DNA from: Eledone cirrhosa
Taxonomy: Eukaryota
DNA: 64,000 bases
Assembly (NCBI GenBank): GCA_964016885.1
Contig: OZ024740.1
Location: forward strand, 289,478,001 to 289,542,000
Reading direction: 5' to 3'
Made by a program: the position numbers and the translations under genes. The notes under the pieces are model-generated. The model was not told where the DNA came from. It made no database searches and saw only the letters and a list, made by a program, of their open reading frames with translations. This document shows positions 28,283 through 42,390 of this stretch, in pieces (within the stretch, counting starts at the first letter, position 1; every line of letters starts with the position of its first letter).

Positions 28283-30505
28283 CTACATTTTAAATTTAAA
28301 TTTATATTTAAAAGTTGAGTTCAATCTATGTCTGCACCAACTGAATAAATTTGTCCGTAAATTAAGGGAATTTTTAGATTTTAGTATAAAGAATATCTCC
28401 TCCGCGCAGAGGTCACATGTCTCAGAGGATGAATTGAAAGGAATCCCTCTTGAGACTATATTCCAAGCCGTCGAATATCTAACGTTATCATGCCTATGTT
28501 GCTAGAGTACGCCTGATAGTGCTGTTGAAGATTTTTTGCTTGGATCTGTGAAAGAATTCTTGTGGTTATTATAGCGAAGTTTAAATTCGGTCGATGTGGA
28601 ACCAACGTAGTTAAAAGAATTAAAGTCCGTTTTAACATTACAGTTGTATATTATATTTTTAACTAAGCAATTGTTATTTAACGGACACTTAGATCTATCT
28701 CTACAGTTAAATTTGTTAACTTGGATATTATTTATGCTATTATCGGTATTTTGGCTAGGTTTTAAGTTCCTATTATTTATTCTATTAATATTTTGTGCTA
28801 AATTTTTGGTGGATGAGTAGGTTAATTTTATAGTATGTCTATTGAAAATTGAGTGATACCTATGTGTTCTAGGGAAGCGATTATCAAGGGCTTTAAAAAA
28901 TAGTTTAGCGATGTGGGATTTAATGTTTAGTGAGAAAGGGGGGGCAAACCATATTATATTCCTAGTTCTATTTCTTTTTTGGCTTTTGGAATTATTGTAA
29001 TGCTTTCTATTATAGTTGTTAAAGTTGTGGCCGTAATTAAAATAGTTGTTATTTTGTTTAGTTTGTCTATCATTATCTATGTACATAATTTTATCACTAT
29101 ATCCAGCTCTAGCTAACGCTTCATTGTAATATTGGGCTTTTTCGTCGAAAATCTTTTTATTAGATGAGATTCTAGAGATACGTTTTTGAACAGAGTTTAC
29201 TATAGTATTTTTAACAGATCTAGGGTGGTTAGAGTTAAAGCTGACATAGTTTAGGTTTTCATTCAACTTGTGAAATGGATAGTGAAGACATGTGTTGAGA
29301 TTTAATGTTACATCTAGGAAATTGACTATTCTATGGTTATTCTCAATTTCTATTTTTAGATTAAAGTAATTAAAAAATTGTGTAATTTGTTTTCTTTTTC
29401 TATTTAGTTCAGAGTTATTATTTTCAATAAGTAAAAGCATGTCATCTCTATATAAACCTCCGGTAACACCGGGTATTTTTCTATGCAGCGAATTGATTAA
29501 AAATAGGCCCACAAGGTCAGTTACCTGAGCTGAGTCGGATGATCCCATAGTAATGTCAAAATTGTTATCTCTATCTGCTCTGGTCCATAGTTGGTCATTA
29601 AATTCTATCAATGTTTTCCTAGCCGATAATATAATGTGCATTTCATTGCTAGTTAGGTCTGTATGTTTGAATGCGTAATTTAGTGCCTTATTTAGTAGAT
29701 TAGGGGTAATAGAAGAATAATAGTTAGCAATATCTAGTTGAATAAACTTATTATTATTGTTATATTTAATTTCTTTAAACCACTCAACAACCTCTCCAGT
29801 TCCCTTCCACAAGCTCAGGTTAGGTAAACAATTCAAGTTTTTAATTTGCTGTATCACCCTGTCAAGAATGTTTTTGCTTAGTTTACCCAGGTCCGATTTT
29901 GATGGTGCAATCAATCTGACTGGCAAGTCATTTTCAAAATTTCTTTTGTGATCTTTCATATTGATCTTCGGTTTCCTGGGCACGAAAGGTTGTGTTCTGT
30001 TCTCAATTTCCAACTCATGCATTATACAAGATGCCTCAACATTCATTTTCTCAAGCTCGGCCTTATCTGCTACCTTGTACTTTTTCCTCAGTTCTTTCTG
30101 TATGAGGCCATTATACATGTCTTTTTGCACTCCATAGAGGTTGTTGGTCTTGTCAGATTTCACCAAGATCTTCTCAGTTTTCTCTAATCTCTCAATATTA
30201 TCCTTAATGCCTTTCAGATATTCCTGGCCTTTGAAGTTTCTCTTGAATTTGACTCCTTGTATGATAGAAATTATATCGTTTTCAAAGTCGAATAAAAGTT
30301 TGTTGGGGGGTGGATTTCTTTTAGATTTGAAAACTTTGTCTAAGTCCGAGACATTTTCATTTGTATTAGATTTATCAAAGTGGAATGCTCGCCACCTGAT
30401 TCTCCTTATAAAAGAGCCAGATTTATCTATTAATTGTTTAATAAAGTCTTTGTTTCTAGGTAGAGGTATGTCTTTTAAAGAGGAAGTAATCTTAAAGAAT
30501 TCCAT
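28283..30505 (-). pseudogene. PLE RT + GIY-YIG endonuclease, 740 codons with one premature TAG
   Basis: SLKDIPLP/FIRRIRWRAF N-terminus, KSDKTNN, DIANYYSSI, MGSSDSAQV, YRDD, NFLDVT, CxxxxCP, YVGST..FKLRYNNH; after TAG at 28502-28504 the frame continues 72 aa with CDLC..E..LN..CRH to TAG at 28283. Confidence 0.9.
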
Positions 30506-30677
30506 TTTTCAGTTATAATATAAAGCGCTCAACAGTATTGGAGCAAGATACATGGAAAGTTATATTTAAATTGTTGGGTTACAACGAGTAAATATTTATA
30601 ACTGATATAAAAGCACTCAACAAGTATTTGGAGTATATTTACGATATTAAATAAATGGAAATTATATTTATAAAACC

Positions 30678-30753
30678 ATATTTATTTCATTATATATATT
30701 TCAGGGATAACATATTAAAATATGTTATGCCTTCTTCAGACAAAATACAATAT
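30678..30753 (-). ncRNA. Hammerhead ribozyme in 5' pLTR, ~185 nt upstream of the ORF start
   Basis: Identical to 26895-26970. Confidence 0.75.
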
Positions 30754-30970
30754 AAACAGTCTTACAAATAAATAGATTCGACATACCTTTCAACTTCGAC
30801 TTGCATTTGAAAAGTTGATTTGGTAGTAAAGAAAGAAAGAAAGACGAAGAAAAAGAAGAAATGCATGCAACTAAATAGAGAGAGATAGAAAGATAGATAG
30901 AGAGAAGAAATTCATGTAAAGAAACAAAGAGAGACATATAGAGAGAGGAAAAAAAGGGAGATAGATAGAG

Positions 30971-31006
<36 letters not shown>

Positions 31007-31661
31007 AAATATAGAGAGATAGATATAGATAGAGATAGAGAGAAAGAAAACTAGGTAGTTGAGCACCAGTTGAATGACGTATCAATGATACATTTATTTA
31101 TTTATTTATTTATTTAGCTCTAGTATTAATGTAGAGAGAGATATATGTTGTTAGGAGAGAAAAACAGCCGTTATATAGAGAGAAAAGAAAAATAACCAGA
31201 CATAAACGAGGCAGATTTAAAACACTATGCTTCATCCATGTAGAAATATTAATTCGTATAAAACAGGCATTATAGTGTAAATATCAGTATTCATGAATGA
31301 GACACGTATCTATAATGTGTGAAAAAATAATGATCATATGTCTAGTTTAAAAATTCATAGGTTTATATCAGAGTTGGGATAAAATAGAAGGTTATCCCAG
31401 ATTCAATACTATAACATCCATGTGAATTTACGTGATCAGCTCTGCAAATTCCTACTTCACACGAAAGCATTCTCATTGTGCTATAAAAATTCTAGTATAC
31501 ATATACGTGTACATACACATATATATATATAGAGTCTATATTAATTTTAACAATACTATTCTTGTCTTTACTCTACATGATATATATATATATTTATAAA
31601 TTAGCGAGAATCGCATTTCGGCTATTGGAAATTAGCGAAAAACAACCTCCGAGATCTGTGG

Positions 31662-31730
<69 letters not shown>

Positions 31731-31907
31731 TTCAGCTAACCACCCGACTCCCGGGAATGAATATGACCGCAGCTAGTAAACAAGGACCCACACCCCACCC
31801 TTCCGCACCAAAATTAGACTTATCGTCCCCTACTTTTGGTCTTTACTCTCTTTACTCTTTGTTCTTGAATGTTTGGTTGGTAGAGTCCATAACACCAATC
31901 AAACCCC

Positions 31908-31967
31908 TTTTATAGCTCTGACGAATCCTACGGTTACGTAAGGAAGAAACATTGTAAGCCAATAAAA
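31908..31967 (+). ncRNA. Type I hammerhead ribozyme
   Basis: TTTTATAGCT-CTGACGA-ATCCTACGGTTACGTAAGGAA-GAAA-CATTG-TA|AGCCAATAAAA in a ~260-bp insert between (TA)n tracts. Confidence 0.7.
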
Positions 31968-32000
31968 ATATTTTGATGTTGTAGACGCTCTTCTGTTCTT

Positions 32001-32130
<130 letters not shown>

Positions 32131-32160
32131 CCCCTTGTAATGTTAATTAACATTACAAGG

Positions 32161-32245
32161 GGTCTGACGAGCCGCAGATTACAGAGTCAGGTCAGATCAA
32201 TACAGATCAAACCTTGAGCTGATCAGTGGCGAAACGCGCGTCACC
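32161..32245 (+). ncRNA. Type I hammerhead ribozyme, expanded stem II (60 nt)
   Basis: GGT-CTGACGA-GCCGC...GTGGC-GAAA-CGCGCG-TC|ACC; preceded by perfect fold-back 32126-32167; decayed homolog on minus strand at ~26230-26315. Confidence 0.65.
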
Positions 32246-32288
32246 AACCAATAAACGTAATGAAGGAGTAACCAATCGTCCTTGTTAT

Positions 32289-32382
<94 letters not shown>

Positions 32383-32551
32383 CATACGTACATATACATA
32401 CGTACATATACATACACACACATACACACACACATGAATGAACCTAATGTAATTGTGTACAATTTGCCTCCTGTGTTTTTTTCGTTCATTTTCAACTCTC
32501 TTGTATGTATATAAGTGTGTGCGTGTATCTACACACGCGCGCGCACACACA

Positions 32552-32644
<93 letters not shown>

Positions 32645-33399
32645 TATATGCGCATACAACACACACGCACAAAAAAAAAAGCATATAACAACAACCAGCT
32701 CTCTTTCTTATTCATATGGCTGCACAATTTTTCTTATACTCCGTATATACATACATACCTTGTAATATAAAATAATCTGAAGATTTAGCATGGAAAAGAT
32801 TTATTTCGTGTGAAAAGAGAAAAAAAAATTGTAAATGAAAAACAATAAGACTAACTATAAACATTGCGTCTCAAATTTTATCCCATAATGTTTATTAGTA
32901 CACCCTATTTGATGAGCTAGTTAGTTTTCACAGTAAAGCGTATAGTTAAAACAGAGCTGAGGCGTATAGCGATATAAATCCATGGTGTGGCATGATAACT
33001 TTGCAATGCCGCCACCTTGACCTAGATCGGCTTAAACATCGGCTTATGCAGGTTGGGTCTGCTGTCTGGATTAGAAACAACAACAACAACAACAAACAAA
33101 CAACAACAAAACAAAAACACAACAAAAAACGAAACAAAATAAAGCTAAAATATAAATTAAACAAAGCAGTGTATTAACGATATTGTTTCGTCATGTTGTT
33201 GGTTTGTTTTTTGTTGTAGTTATCGATGTAGTTGTTGATATTATTATATTGTTATTATTTCATGTCACACGCAATGTGTAGACACACATGCGCACAATTT
33301 TCCGAACAAACGCACGGATTTCAAATATGCTTTTACTGTTGCAAAATCTCGACATATATATGTATGTATGTGTAAGTATGTATGTATGTATGTATGTAC

Positions 33400-35080
33400 A
33401 ACCATGAGTACAACCTGTCTCATGGTCAGGTCGTTGGCGACTAAACTGGCAACCCCACCAAGGTTTCTTGGTGAGGAGGGTGACTTTGGACATCCTGCAG
33501 GACTAAAAACAAAACCTGTCAATGAGTAAAGGAGCTCTTAAGAGTCAATGGCCATCCAAAATCACCGGGAGAGATGACCCCTTAGCCTTTGTCAAGGCAG
33601 AATTGTCAAGGAAAACTCTGATATAACACCTGCAACCCTGATGGTATCCAATGATGTTGACTTGTTCTTCTTTTGGGTAAATATCATCTTGGTTAAGAGA
33701 GTGGGACTGGCATTGTGCAGTGCCTTTGCTCACTATAAAAGTTTCACGGCACAGGCATTGCTTTATATCTGGAGATCTCTCTGCACTTGTCGTCACATTG
33801 TACCATGGGCCCAGCACTATGTGTCAATAATTGTCACAAGTGTAGTGTTTGTACCAGAGTTTTCAAGTTGCTGGCTGGACTAAAAAGTCACACTCGTTCA
33901 GCGCATCGGTAGGGGTTCTCCTACATGGATATAAAGTAGTGGCCGTACTCGAAAACGAGTTGGCAGCAACCATGTATGTATGTATGTATGTATGTATGTA
34001 TGTATGTTATGTCGGGTCACTCTTGAGTGCTACTGGTAACATGTAACCCAGTACAACCTGTCGCATGGTCGGGTCGTCGGCGACTAAACCCGAAACCCCA
34101 CCAAATTTACTTGGTGAGCAGGGTGATTTTGGACACCCTGAAGGACAAAAAATAAAACGATCGGGTGTCCGATCGTTTTAAGTATTATGAGTTCTTCCAC
34201 AAAGGGTGGAAGAACTCATAAGAGTCAACGGCCATCCACAAGTGTGTAAATATATATATATACACATGTACATATGTATGTATATGTATATGTGTATATA
34301 CATGGGTGCATATGTATGTATATGGGCAGGGACATAGAAAAAGTTGGGCTGGACACCCGATCGCGCGGTTAAACCACTGGGATTGAAGGACCCCTAGCCT
34401 TTCTCAGGGTATTCTTTTAGGAGAAGGCAACTCAGGAAACTGGTATAACTCCGATATAAAACCTGCGGCTCAGTAGTTACCGATGATGTTGAGCTTTTCT
34501 TCTTTTCGGGTTATAGCTACTGTCGCTCAGAGAGTGGGATTGGCTCAGTGCACAGTCTTTCCTCACTTTAAAAAATATCTTCACGCACAGGCATTGCACG
34601 ATAGCATTAATTAATAATTATTAATAATGGTATATCATGCAATGGCCATACGAGGGGGCAGCCATCATGTATGTATGTATGTATGTATGTATGTATGTAT
34701 GTATGTATGTATGTTTTATTTGGAGATGTATGTATGTATGTATGTATGTATGTATGTATGTATGTATGTATGTATGTATGTATGTTATATTTGGAGATCT
34801 CTCTGCACTTGTCATCACATGGTACCATGGGCCCAGCACTATGTGTCAATAATTGTCACAAGTGTAGTGTTTGTACCAGAGTTTTCAAGTTGCTGGCTGG
34901 ACTAAAAAGTCACACTCGTTCAGCGCATCGGTAGGGGTTCACCTACATGGATATAAAGTAGTGGCCGTACTCGAAAACGAGTTGGCATACAACCATGTAT
35001 GTATGTATGTATGTATGTATGTATGTATGTATGTATGTATGTATGTATGTATGTATGTATGTATGTATGTATGTATGTTC
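33400..35080 (+). mobile_element. Cluster of non-autonomous RTE derivatives (5' UTR fused to 3' end, (ATGT)n tails)
   Basis: Heads at 33400 and 34010; ~200-bp 3' end encoding CSVCTRVFKLLAGLKSH repeated at 33770-33975 and 34790-34997; terminal CTCG-ANAA-CGAG hairpin shared with 58735-58770. Confidence 0.7.
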
Positions 35081-35149
35081 TTCTGGTTTTATAATTTCAC
35101 AAAGTTTTACCAATAGAGAGAGAGTCGGTTTCTAACATAGACACAAGAC

Positions 35150-35575
35150 TCTCTCATTGGAATTTACACAACATCAACTAGGTAGATATGTATGTATGCA
35201 TGCATGTGTAGATATGGATGTTATTGTATGTGTGGATGTGGATGTTATTGTATGTGTGGATGTGGATGTTTTGAGTTGTATGTGTGCATGTGTATATGCT
35301 TTGTATCTGTACATGTGTATATGCAGTTATTAGATGCAAAATTTTTGGAATGTTTTACATATTTTTACTGTTCCATTAATGGATTGTACTTGTAGTTTCC
35401 TAACTAGTTGTGTTCTTTCTGTTCCTGTGAAACCTAGCTTCTCAAGATTTGTATTGAGGCAGTTACTAACATACCCCAGTGCCCCAATAATCACAAGCAT
35501 TAATCTGAAGGTGTAATCAGGGTGGAGTATCTGCAGATTTCTCATCAATTCTGCATAAATATTCTCCTTTTCACT
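35150..35575 (-). mobile_element. 3' end of a third RLE-type non-LTR element
   Basis: EKENIYAEL...VIIGALGYV...LEKLG...LQVQS RLE C-terminus followed by a 3' UTR. Confidence 0.65.
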
Positions 35576-35657
35576 AATGTATGTATGTATGTATGTATGT
35601 ATGTATGTATGTATGTATGTATGTATGTATGTATGTATGTATGTATGCATGCATATA

Positions 35658-35735
<78 letters not shown>

Positions 35736-35840
35736 GGCATCAAGAATGAAATTTATAGAACTTTCTTTTTTTCTACAAAATTACTACAAATTTCATATTT
35801 GACGCCCCAATATATATATTATATAGTGCGAGTAAAATTT

Positions 35841-35879
<39 letters not shown>

Positions 35880-36115
35880 CATAATATATATATATATACA
35901 TATCTAGGGCGGGTAAAATTCTCATATATATATATAAATAAATACATTATCGGAGAAAGCTTTTTAGCGATACTCCGGCCAAATTCCAACTCACTCAACA
36001 AACGTTAGGAAATAAGTGAGTATATTCCTAATTAAACGTTCGGGGTGCTAACTAAATGTATTGCGTGGAAAATTGGCTGTATTATTTCATATGAGATATA
36101 TCGAATATATCTCTT

Positions 36116-36242
36116 CCCAGACGGACGTCTCGTTTCATTATAGGATTCCTACAATTTGGGTGAAATTATACCAATTTATGTAGGAACTTGTATATCATCA
36201 ATAGATATATATTCAAGTGGGCTCCTATAATTCATCAGTGGG
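36116..36242 (-). ncRNA. Type I hammerhead ribozyme with branched stem II (95 nt)
   Basis: CCCA-CTGATGA-ATTATAGGA[two hairpins]TCCTATAAT-GAAA-CG(AGACGTC)CG-TC|TGGG; 9-bp perfect stem II base. Confidence 0.75.
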
Positions 36243-36245
36243 CGC

Positions 36246-36279
<34 letters not shown>

Positions 36280-36291
36280 CGGGCAAAATTC

Positions 36292-36361
<70 letters not shown>

Positions 36362-36373
36362 CGGGCAAAATTC

Positions 36374-36420
<47 letters not shown>

Positions 36421-36635
36421 AAGGTATATATGTTCGTACACTATGTTTAATGTCTAGTTATATTCTCCTTCCCTCTCTTTCTCCAAATCAGATAGACTCC
36501 AACGCCTTTTTTCCAGAAATGCAGACGGACTGAGCGAGGGACTAGCAGCCCCTGCACATTCAAAGATCGTTCAAGGACTCTGATTTGCAGCACTGCCCGG
36601 AACTCTTAAACTTCCACCAATCAATCAATCAATCA

Positions 36636-36732
<97 letters not shown>

Positions 36733-36900
36733 GCCAGCTAGCTAGCTATCTAGCTATCTCTGAAGACATGAAGACCTTCTGTTGTCCAGCTCCCTTGAGG
36801 ATTTCTTACCATTATACACATAATTAGAAAGTGAACAACACAATATAACTACTCCATTACCAAAGGTTTCAGGACCCTAGACAATATTAACATACGTCTA

Positions 36901-36971
<71 letters not shown>

Positions 36972-37081
36972 CATACATATAAATATATATATATATATAT
37001 ACATACATACATATATACATACACACACACGCACACCCATACACACACACACACACGCACACACACACGCACACACACACG

Positions 37082-37162
<81 letters not shown>

Positions 37163-37494
37163 GTGTGAGTACGTGGGTATGTGTTTGCGTGTGTGTGTGT
37201 GCTTACGCGCGTATTTAGGTTAATCCACCTGTTAACTGTTGTGCCTCTAATACGGGCGGGAGATCTCGGATGGTTTAGTGAAACGGAAAGAATGGGTGCG
37301 GTCGGTGATTGAACAACAGATCCACTAAGTTACTATACAGTAGCAGCTTGGTAATTTTGGTATGTGTTCGAATTAAATCAGGTTCCACTGGCTCTTTCAT
37401 ATTTATTAATTTTTTGTTTTTTTCTGATTCTGATTTGAAACGAACATGGACATTCAAAATACTGAGGTATACTATTAAAATATACATCTATCTG

Positions 37495-37549
<55 letters not shown>

Positions 37550-40500
37550 CAGATACTCTAGACGTGTGCCACTTCACTGGTAAGTTTTTGTTTATTTTTG
37601 TATGCAAAAAACAGGAACGTTTTGTTAAAAAATATATTGTTTCGTAGATTAACCACCAGGCTGAATTATCAGCTGGGCGGTAATCTCCTTTTATTTGAAA
37701 AAGATTTTCAAAAACTTTCAAAAACTAAATATTTTGCTATCGATAATGGCTAGCTTAGTAGAAAGAACGCGAGCAAACGCTGAGGAAAAAAGTAGAGAAA
37801 GAAAGACAGACAGTAACGTTGTCGCAACCCCTGCTTGTAAAGACGTCACTATGGTGAGAAATAGTGAAAACAAAGTTTTGTTTCGCCTAGAAAGCGAAAA
37901 ATCTATTTACAATTTGGACCACACAGCTTACAACAAACATCAAAAACCACAAAAATTGAGACAATTTACACAACTACAAACGAAAAAAGTGACAACCACA
38001 GCAACAACAACAACACAAAAAAAAAATAACATTTGCGCAAACAGTTATAAATAAACAAGACTTCAAGGATCTTGATATCTCCAATGCGAGACAAATGCTT
38101 TCTGAAGCAAAAATTTTTATAATTTTCGAAGAAAAAGGTGGGTTTAAGATAAACTCACTCCCAGAAGGACAGTTACCTTCAGAACTGTTTCAAATGAAAT
38201 AAGAAAGCCGGCATTCCTCAGTCAAGGGGAAATAGAAACAACATTGAAGGAGGTTTTGCCGGATATAGATTTTATGCAGAGGGCCAAACAGTATGGGAGC
38301 ATTTCCGTGGTCCTCAAAAGCGAGGCCCTCGCACAGAAATATTCAGTAATGCCAATAAGTTCCAATAAATACACCTCTTTCCCTACTTACCTGGGAAAAA
38401 GAACCTCCAAAATCAAAATTTCAAACATACCACCAAATATTAATATTTGGTGGATTTTGGCAGGATTTTTAGAGTAGGGAGAGGACACCATCCTCTCCAT
38501 CAAGAAATCAACCAGACATACGTGGTCTGGTACAATTTTGGAGATTCTGGTACAAATGAGGCCGTAGAGAATCTCCAAAATACCTGAAAGAGTACTGGTG
38601 GACAACAACAGCCACATAAACATTTCAACGGAATGTTGGCGGCCACACTACTTTCGATGTCACAGTACGTCACATTTAAAGGCCTCCTGCCTTTTACAGA
38701 CAAACTTTAAAAAACAATCCAAAAAAGTACTCTTACCAACACCAACACCAAAACCACCACCACCACCACCACCACCACAACAACAACAACAACAGCACCA
38801 CACAAAACAAGCAAACACACTAAAACAAACAGTCACTCAACCAACAACAACAGAAAAAACACAGACAACTCCCCTGAAGAACACAGTCCCACCCCATCCC
38901 ACTCCATCCAACACTACCACAAACACACACACAAAAACACCATCACCACACAACATACCCCTACCGCACGCTCCTGATGACGATTCATCGTCAGACGAGG
39001 CTACTTTTCCATCCCCAAGTGAAGATGAAGGAGAGCCTCGGAAATAAAAAAAACAAAAAAAGAGACACTGCAAAGCCACAAAGACATCAATCACCAACAC
39101 GAACACACAACCACCAACACAAACAACGACACAAATACCACCACAATCACCCCCCCCCCTACCAGCAAAACAAACACCAACACCACCCCAAACACAAATG
39201 CCCACCATAAAAAGAAAACTACAAAATGAACAACAAACCAAAACAACACAAAAAACAACAACATTACACATACATTAACACAAAAAAAAACAAACAACAA
39301 TACGCATACATTAACACAAATAACAAAAACCTAATGGAGGTCATTTCCCAAGACCCCAAAGTAGAAACTGAGGGGAAAACTTTTGTCAAGTCGGACTGTC
39401 AACCACACCTAAAACTGATAAGGGTTTCGATAGAAACCTACCAGAAATTAAAAGAACAATTTTCGCAGGACGTTCGCAACCCCTGTCAAAAACCCATTAA
39501 CCGCGTCCTATTAAAATGTTTCCCCACCTCACCCAACACCCCACCAGCACCCAAATGGAGATTGAACAACCCGATCTCAAGGAAACGAAAAGGTAAGTGC
39601 ATCTGTTCGTCCTTTTTCGCCAACTCTTCTCCACCAGCATGGCTAATTTACGAGTTGGAAGTGTGAATGTGCGTGGCCTAGGGATGCCCTGGAAACAGGG
39701 CCAACTTTTAAACGACCTTAGGTCTCATGGTATGGATGTGATAGCCATCACCGAGTCCAGGATCAACAACAGGCAGCAACTAACCCCCATCTTCAATGAC
39801 TTTGAGATCTACGCATCTCTCTGTCAGCCAGAAGGTGGAGGGGGAGTGGCTGTCATGTTTCGGAAAAACCCGGACGTTGAAGTACAGCAAGTACACTTGG
39901 AACCGGAGGGTAGACTGGTAGTCCTAGACGTGAACAGTGTTCGAAGTGGAGCCTTCAGACTGGTGGCCGTTTATGCCCCGACTGGGCAATCGCGGCCAGA
40001 CTTCTTTAAGCATCTAGTGTCTTTTCTGGGAACGTCTCACTCCTTGCTTTTAGTGGGGGACTGGAATGGTATCCTAGACGCACGATGGGACTATGTAGGA
40101 GCATGTCCCACTAGAGTGGAGTGCAACAGCCTCAAATATTTAATCGGCCAATTCCAACTGGCTGATAGGTATCGACTAGATTTCTCAACTGCACCACAGT
40201 GGACGTGGACAAACCTCAGCGGTACATCTAGATCGTATCTAGATAGGTTTTTCATTAGAGAAAAGGACAAGAAGATGTTAAGCTGTCCACAAATGCACAT
40301 GGTTGCCTATTTAGACCACAAACTAGTCACCTGCATAGTCAACGATGGTAGAACACATAGACAAGGACCCGGATACTGGAAGCTGAAGTTGTCGTTACCG
40401 ACACGTAAAGCCTACGGATAAGTAGATTAGTTAAGCAACAGTTGACGGGAGCCATCGTCAACAATAGATGGTGGTACTCTCTTAAGAGAGCAATTAGAGT

Positions 40501-40720
40501 AGAATCTATAGCTTTTGGCAAAGAACTACCCTTAGAGAAAAACAAAACAGAAACAGAACTAGTAGCCAAGGTAGAAGTAAATCACGTGCCCTAAGAAACC
40601 AGGGAGCAAAAGCTGTTAGCTGGGCCCGAGTTGTAGAGGCGAAAAGTGGCATCAAGTCCACGATTCTGTCTTTGAAAGACCAAAACGGACGCGTGCTACT
40701 TGACTCCAAGCGGATGTGCC
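37550..40720 (+). mobile_element. Decayed L1/Tx1 element (5' UTR, ORF1 remnants, APE), 3'-truncated
   Basis: MANLRVGSVNVRGL...VAVYAPTG...GDWNG...SYLDR..DH..PGYWKL homologous to 9462..10583; preceded by (TCTA)n. Confidence 0.88.
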
Positions 40721-40734
40721 GAACGGGGCAATGT

Positions 40735-41270
40735 ATTTAATCGACTCAATTGCATTACTGGTACTTTATTTTATCGACCTCGTAAGGATGAAAGGCAAAG
40801 TCAACTTCGGCGGGATTTAAACTCAGACCATAAAGGGCTATAACTCTATATTGCAAAGCATGTTGACCGACGCTTTACGGATACTGCCAATCCAATAGAT
40901 TCTATTTAATAATGATTGTTAAAAAAAATTCGTGGGAAGAATTAAATGATGTTAAAGCCAGGACTATGGCACAAGTAAATTCAAAGACACCGAACCACTA
41001 ATGCTACAGTACTACTAATAGATTATATGTATTAGTAATAATGTAGTAATAATGGGTTTTACTTTAGGTACAATGTCAGCAATTTTTGAGGAGGGGGAAA
41101 GTCGATTAAATCGACCTCAGTGCGTTACTTGTGCTTTATTTTATCGACCCCGTAAGGATGAAAGGCAAAGTTAACCTCGGCGGGATTTGAAGTCTAACCG
41201 TAAAAGGTCGTAACTCTATGCTGCAAAGCATGGTGTCCGACGCTCTACCGATACTACCAATCCACCACCC
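40735..41270 (-). mobile_element. Two tRNA-derived SINE copies
   Basis: Family core at ~40750-40894 and ~41120-41270. Confidence 0.85.
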
Positions 41271-41640
41271 TTGTATTAGTAATAATAAACTGAATTCCAG
41301 TTTTTTAAACAAAGTCCTGATGGTGTGGAATTAAGTATGGATAAAGAGACCCAATCTTCTGACAGCGTTCTGCAGTCACTACATCAAAAGCTGATGTAGA
41401 TAGACTCCACCTACCCAGAACACATGGTGAATGAAGCTCAATACAAAGAAACAACAACAACAAAAAACAACAAAAAACAAATAGAAAAGTAACAAGAGTA
41501 GGACTACTTAGAAGCAAGCAAAGGGAAGCTGATTAGTAACTAGTGTAGTGTAATTAATGAAACATGTTTTACAAAACCATTCCTTATATATAAGGATATA
41601 ATAAAAAATACAAAATTCCAAAATATATTAAAGATAAAAT

Positions 41641-42030
41641 AATCGTTTCTACTTTTGGCACAAGGCCAGCAATTACCCAGTACATTACTGGTACTTTATT
41701 TTATCGACCCCGTAAGGATGAAAAGCAAAGTTAACCTAGGCGGGATTTGAACTCAGATCGTAAAGGGACGTAACTACGCTGGAAAGTATGTCCGACCTTC
41801 TACCAATACTGCCAATTCACCGCCCTTAAAGATAAAATAATTGTTTCTACCTTTGGCACAAGGCCAGCAATTATCCCAGTGTATTACTGGTACTTTATTT
41901 TATCGGCCCCGTAACGATGAAAGGCAAAGTTAACCTCGGCGGGATTTGAACTCAGACCATAAAGGGCCGTAACTCTTTGCTGCATAGCATGGCGTCCGAC
42001 CCTCTACCGATACTGCCAAGCCACCGCCCT
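41641..42030 (-). mobile_element. Two tandem SINEs sharing a triplicated target site
   Basis: TAAAGATAAAATAAT at ~41630, ~41827 and ~42031 flanks both copies. Confidence 0.88.
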
Positions 42031-42390
42031 TAAAGATAAAATAATGATAAGAATCATTGTTAGGTCAATATTCCACAAGACTAGAGAAAGGGGAATTATA
42101 CCATAATGAAAGCTAGTTATGGCTCAAAAGTTGAGTTAAAATCAATATCAGAAGTTCTGATCCTAGTTGTAGAAGACCAATGCTGAGATACAAACAACTA
42201 CAGCAATAACGTAATGGAAGAAGATACTAAAATCAGATGCAGTACAATAAGACGGTTGACCATACCATCTTCAGCTGCCAACAGAAGCGGACTAGGCTTA
42301 AAACCGACCTGGGCAACTAATTACAGTGTTTTTACTACACAGCTGATGGGCGTTCCAGTTTCCAATCAGTCTATTGTACAGCGGCTATCG

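Larger units (their letters stand above)
26857..31581 (-). mobile_element. Penelope-like element, Naiad type, with ~940-bp direct pLTRs, inserted in (TA)n
   Basis: Direct repeats 26857-27803 and 30640-31581 flank an RT-GIY-YIG ORF; hammerhead in each pLTR; (TA)n on both sides. Confidence 0.9.

Noticed and set aside
28283-30505. Selenocysteine recoding in the Naiad ORF
   Set aside because: The only internal stop is TAG at a Trp-like position; no in-frame TGA at the conserved Cys sites
34010-34100. HDV-like ribozyme in RTE-derived heads
   Set aside because: Could not place a P1 5' strand; simple hairpins explain the pairing
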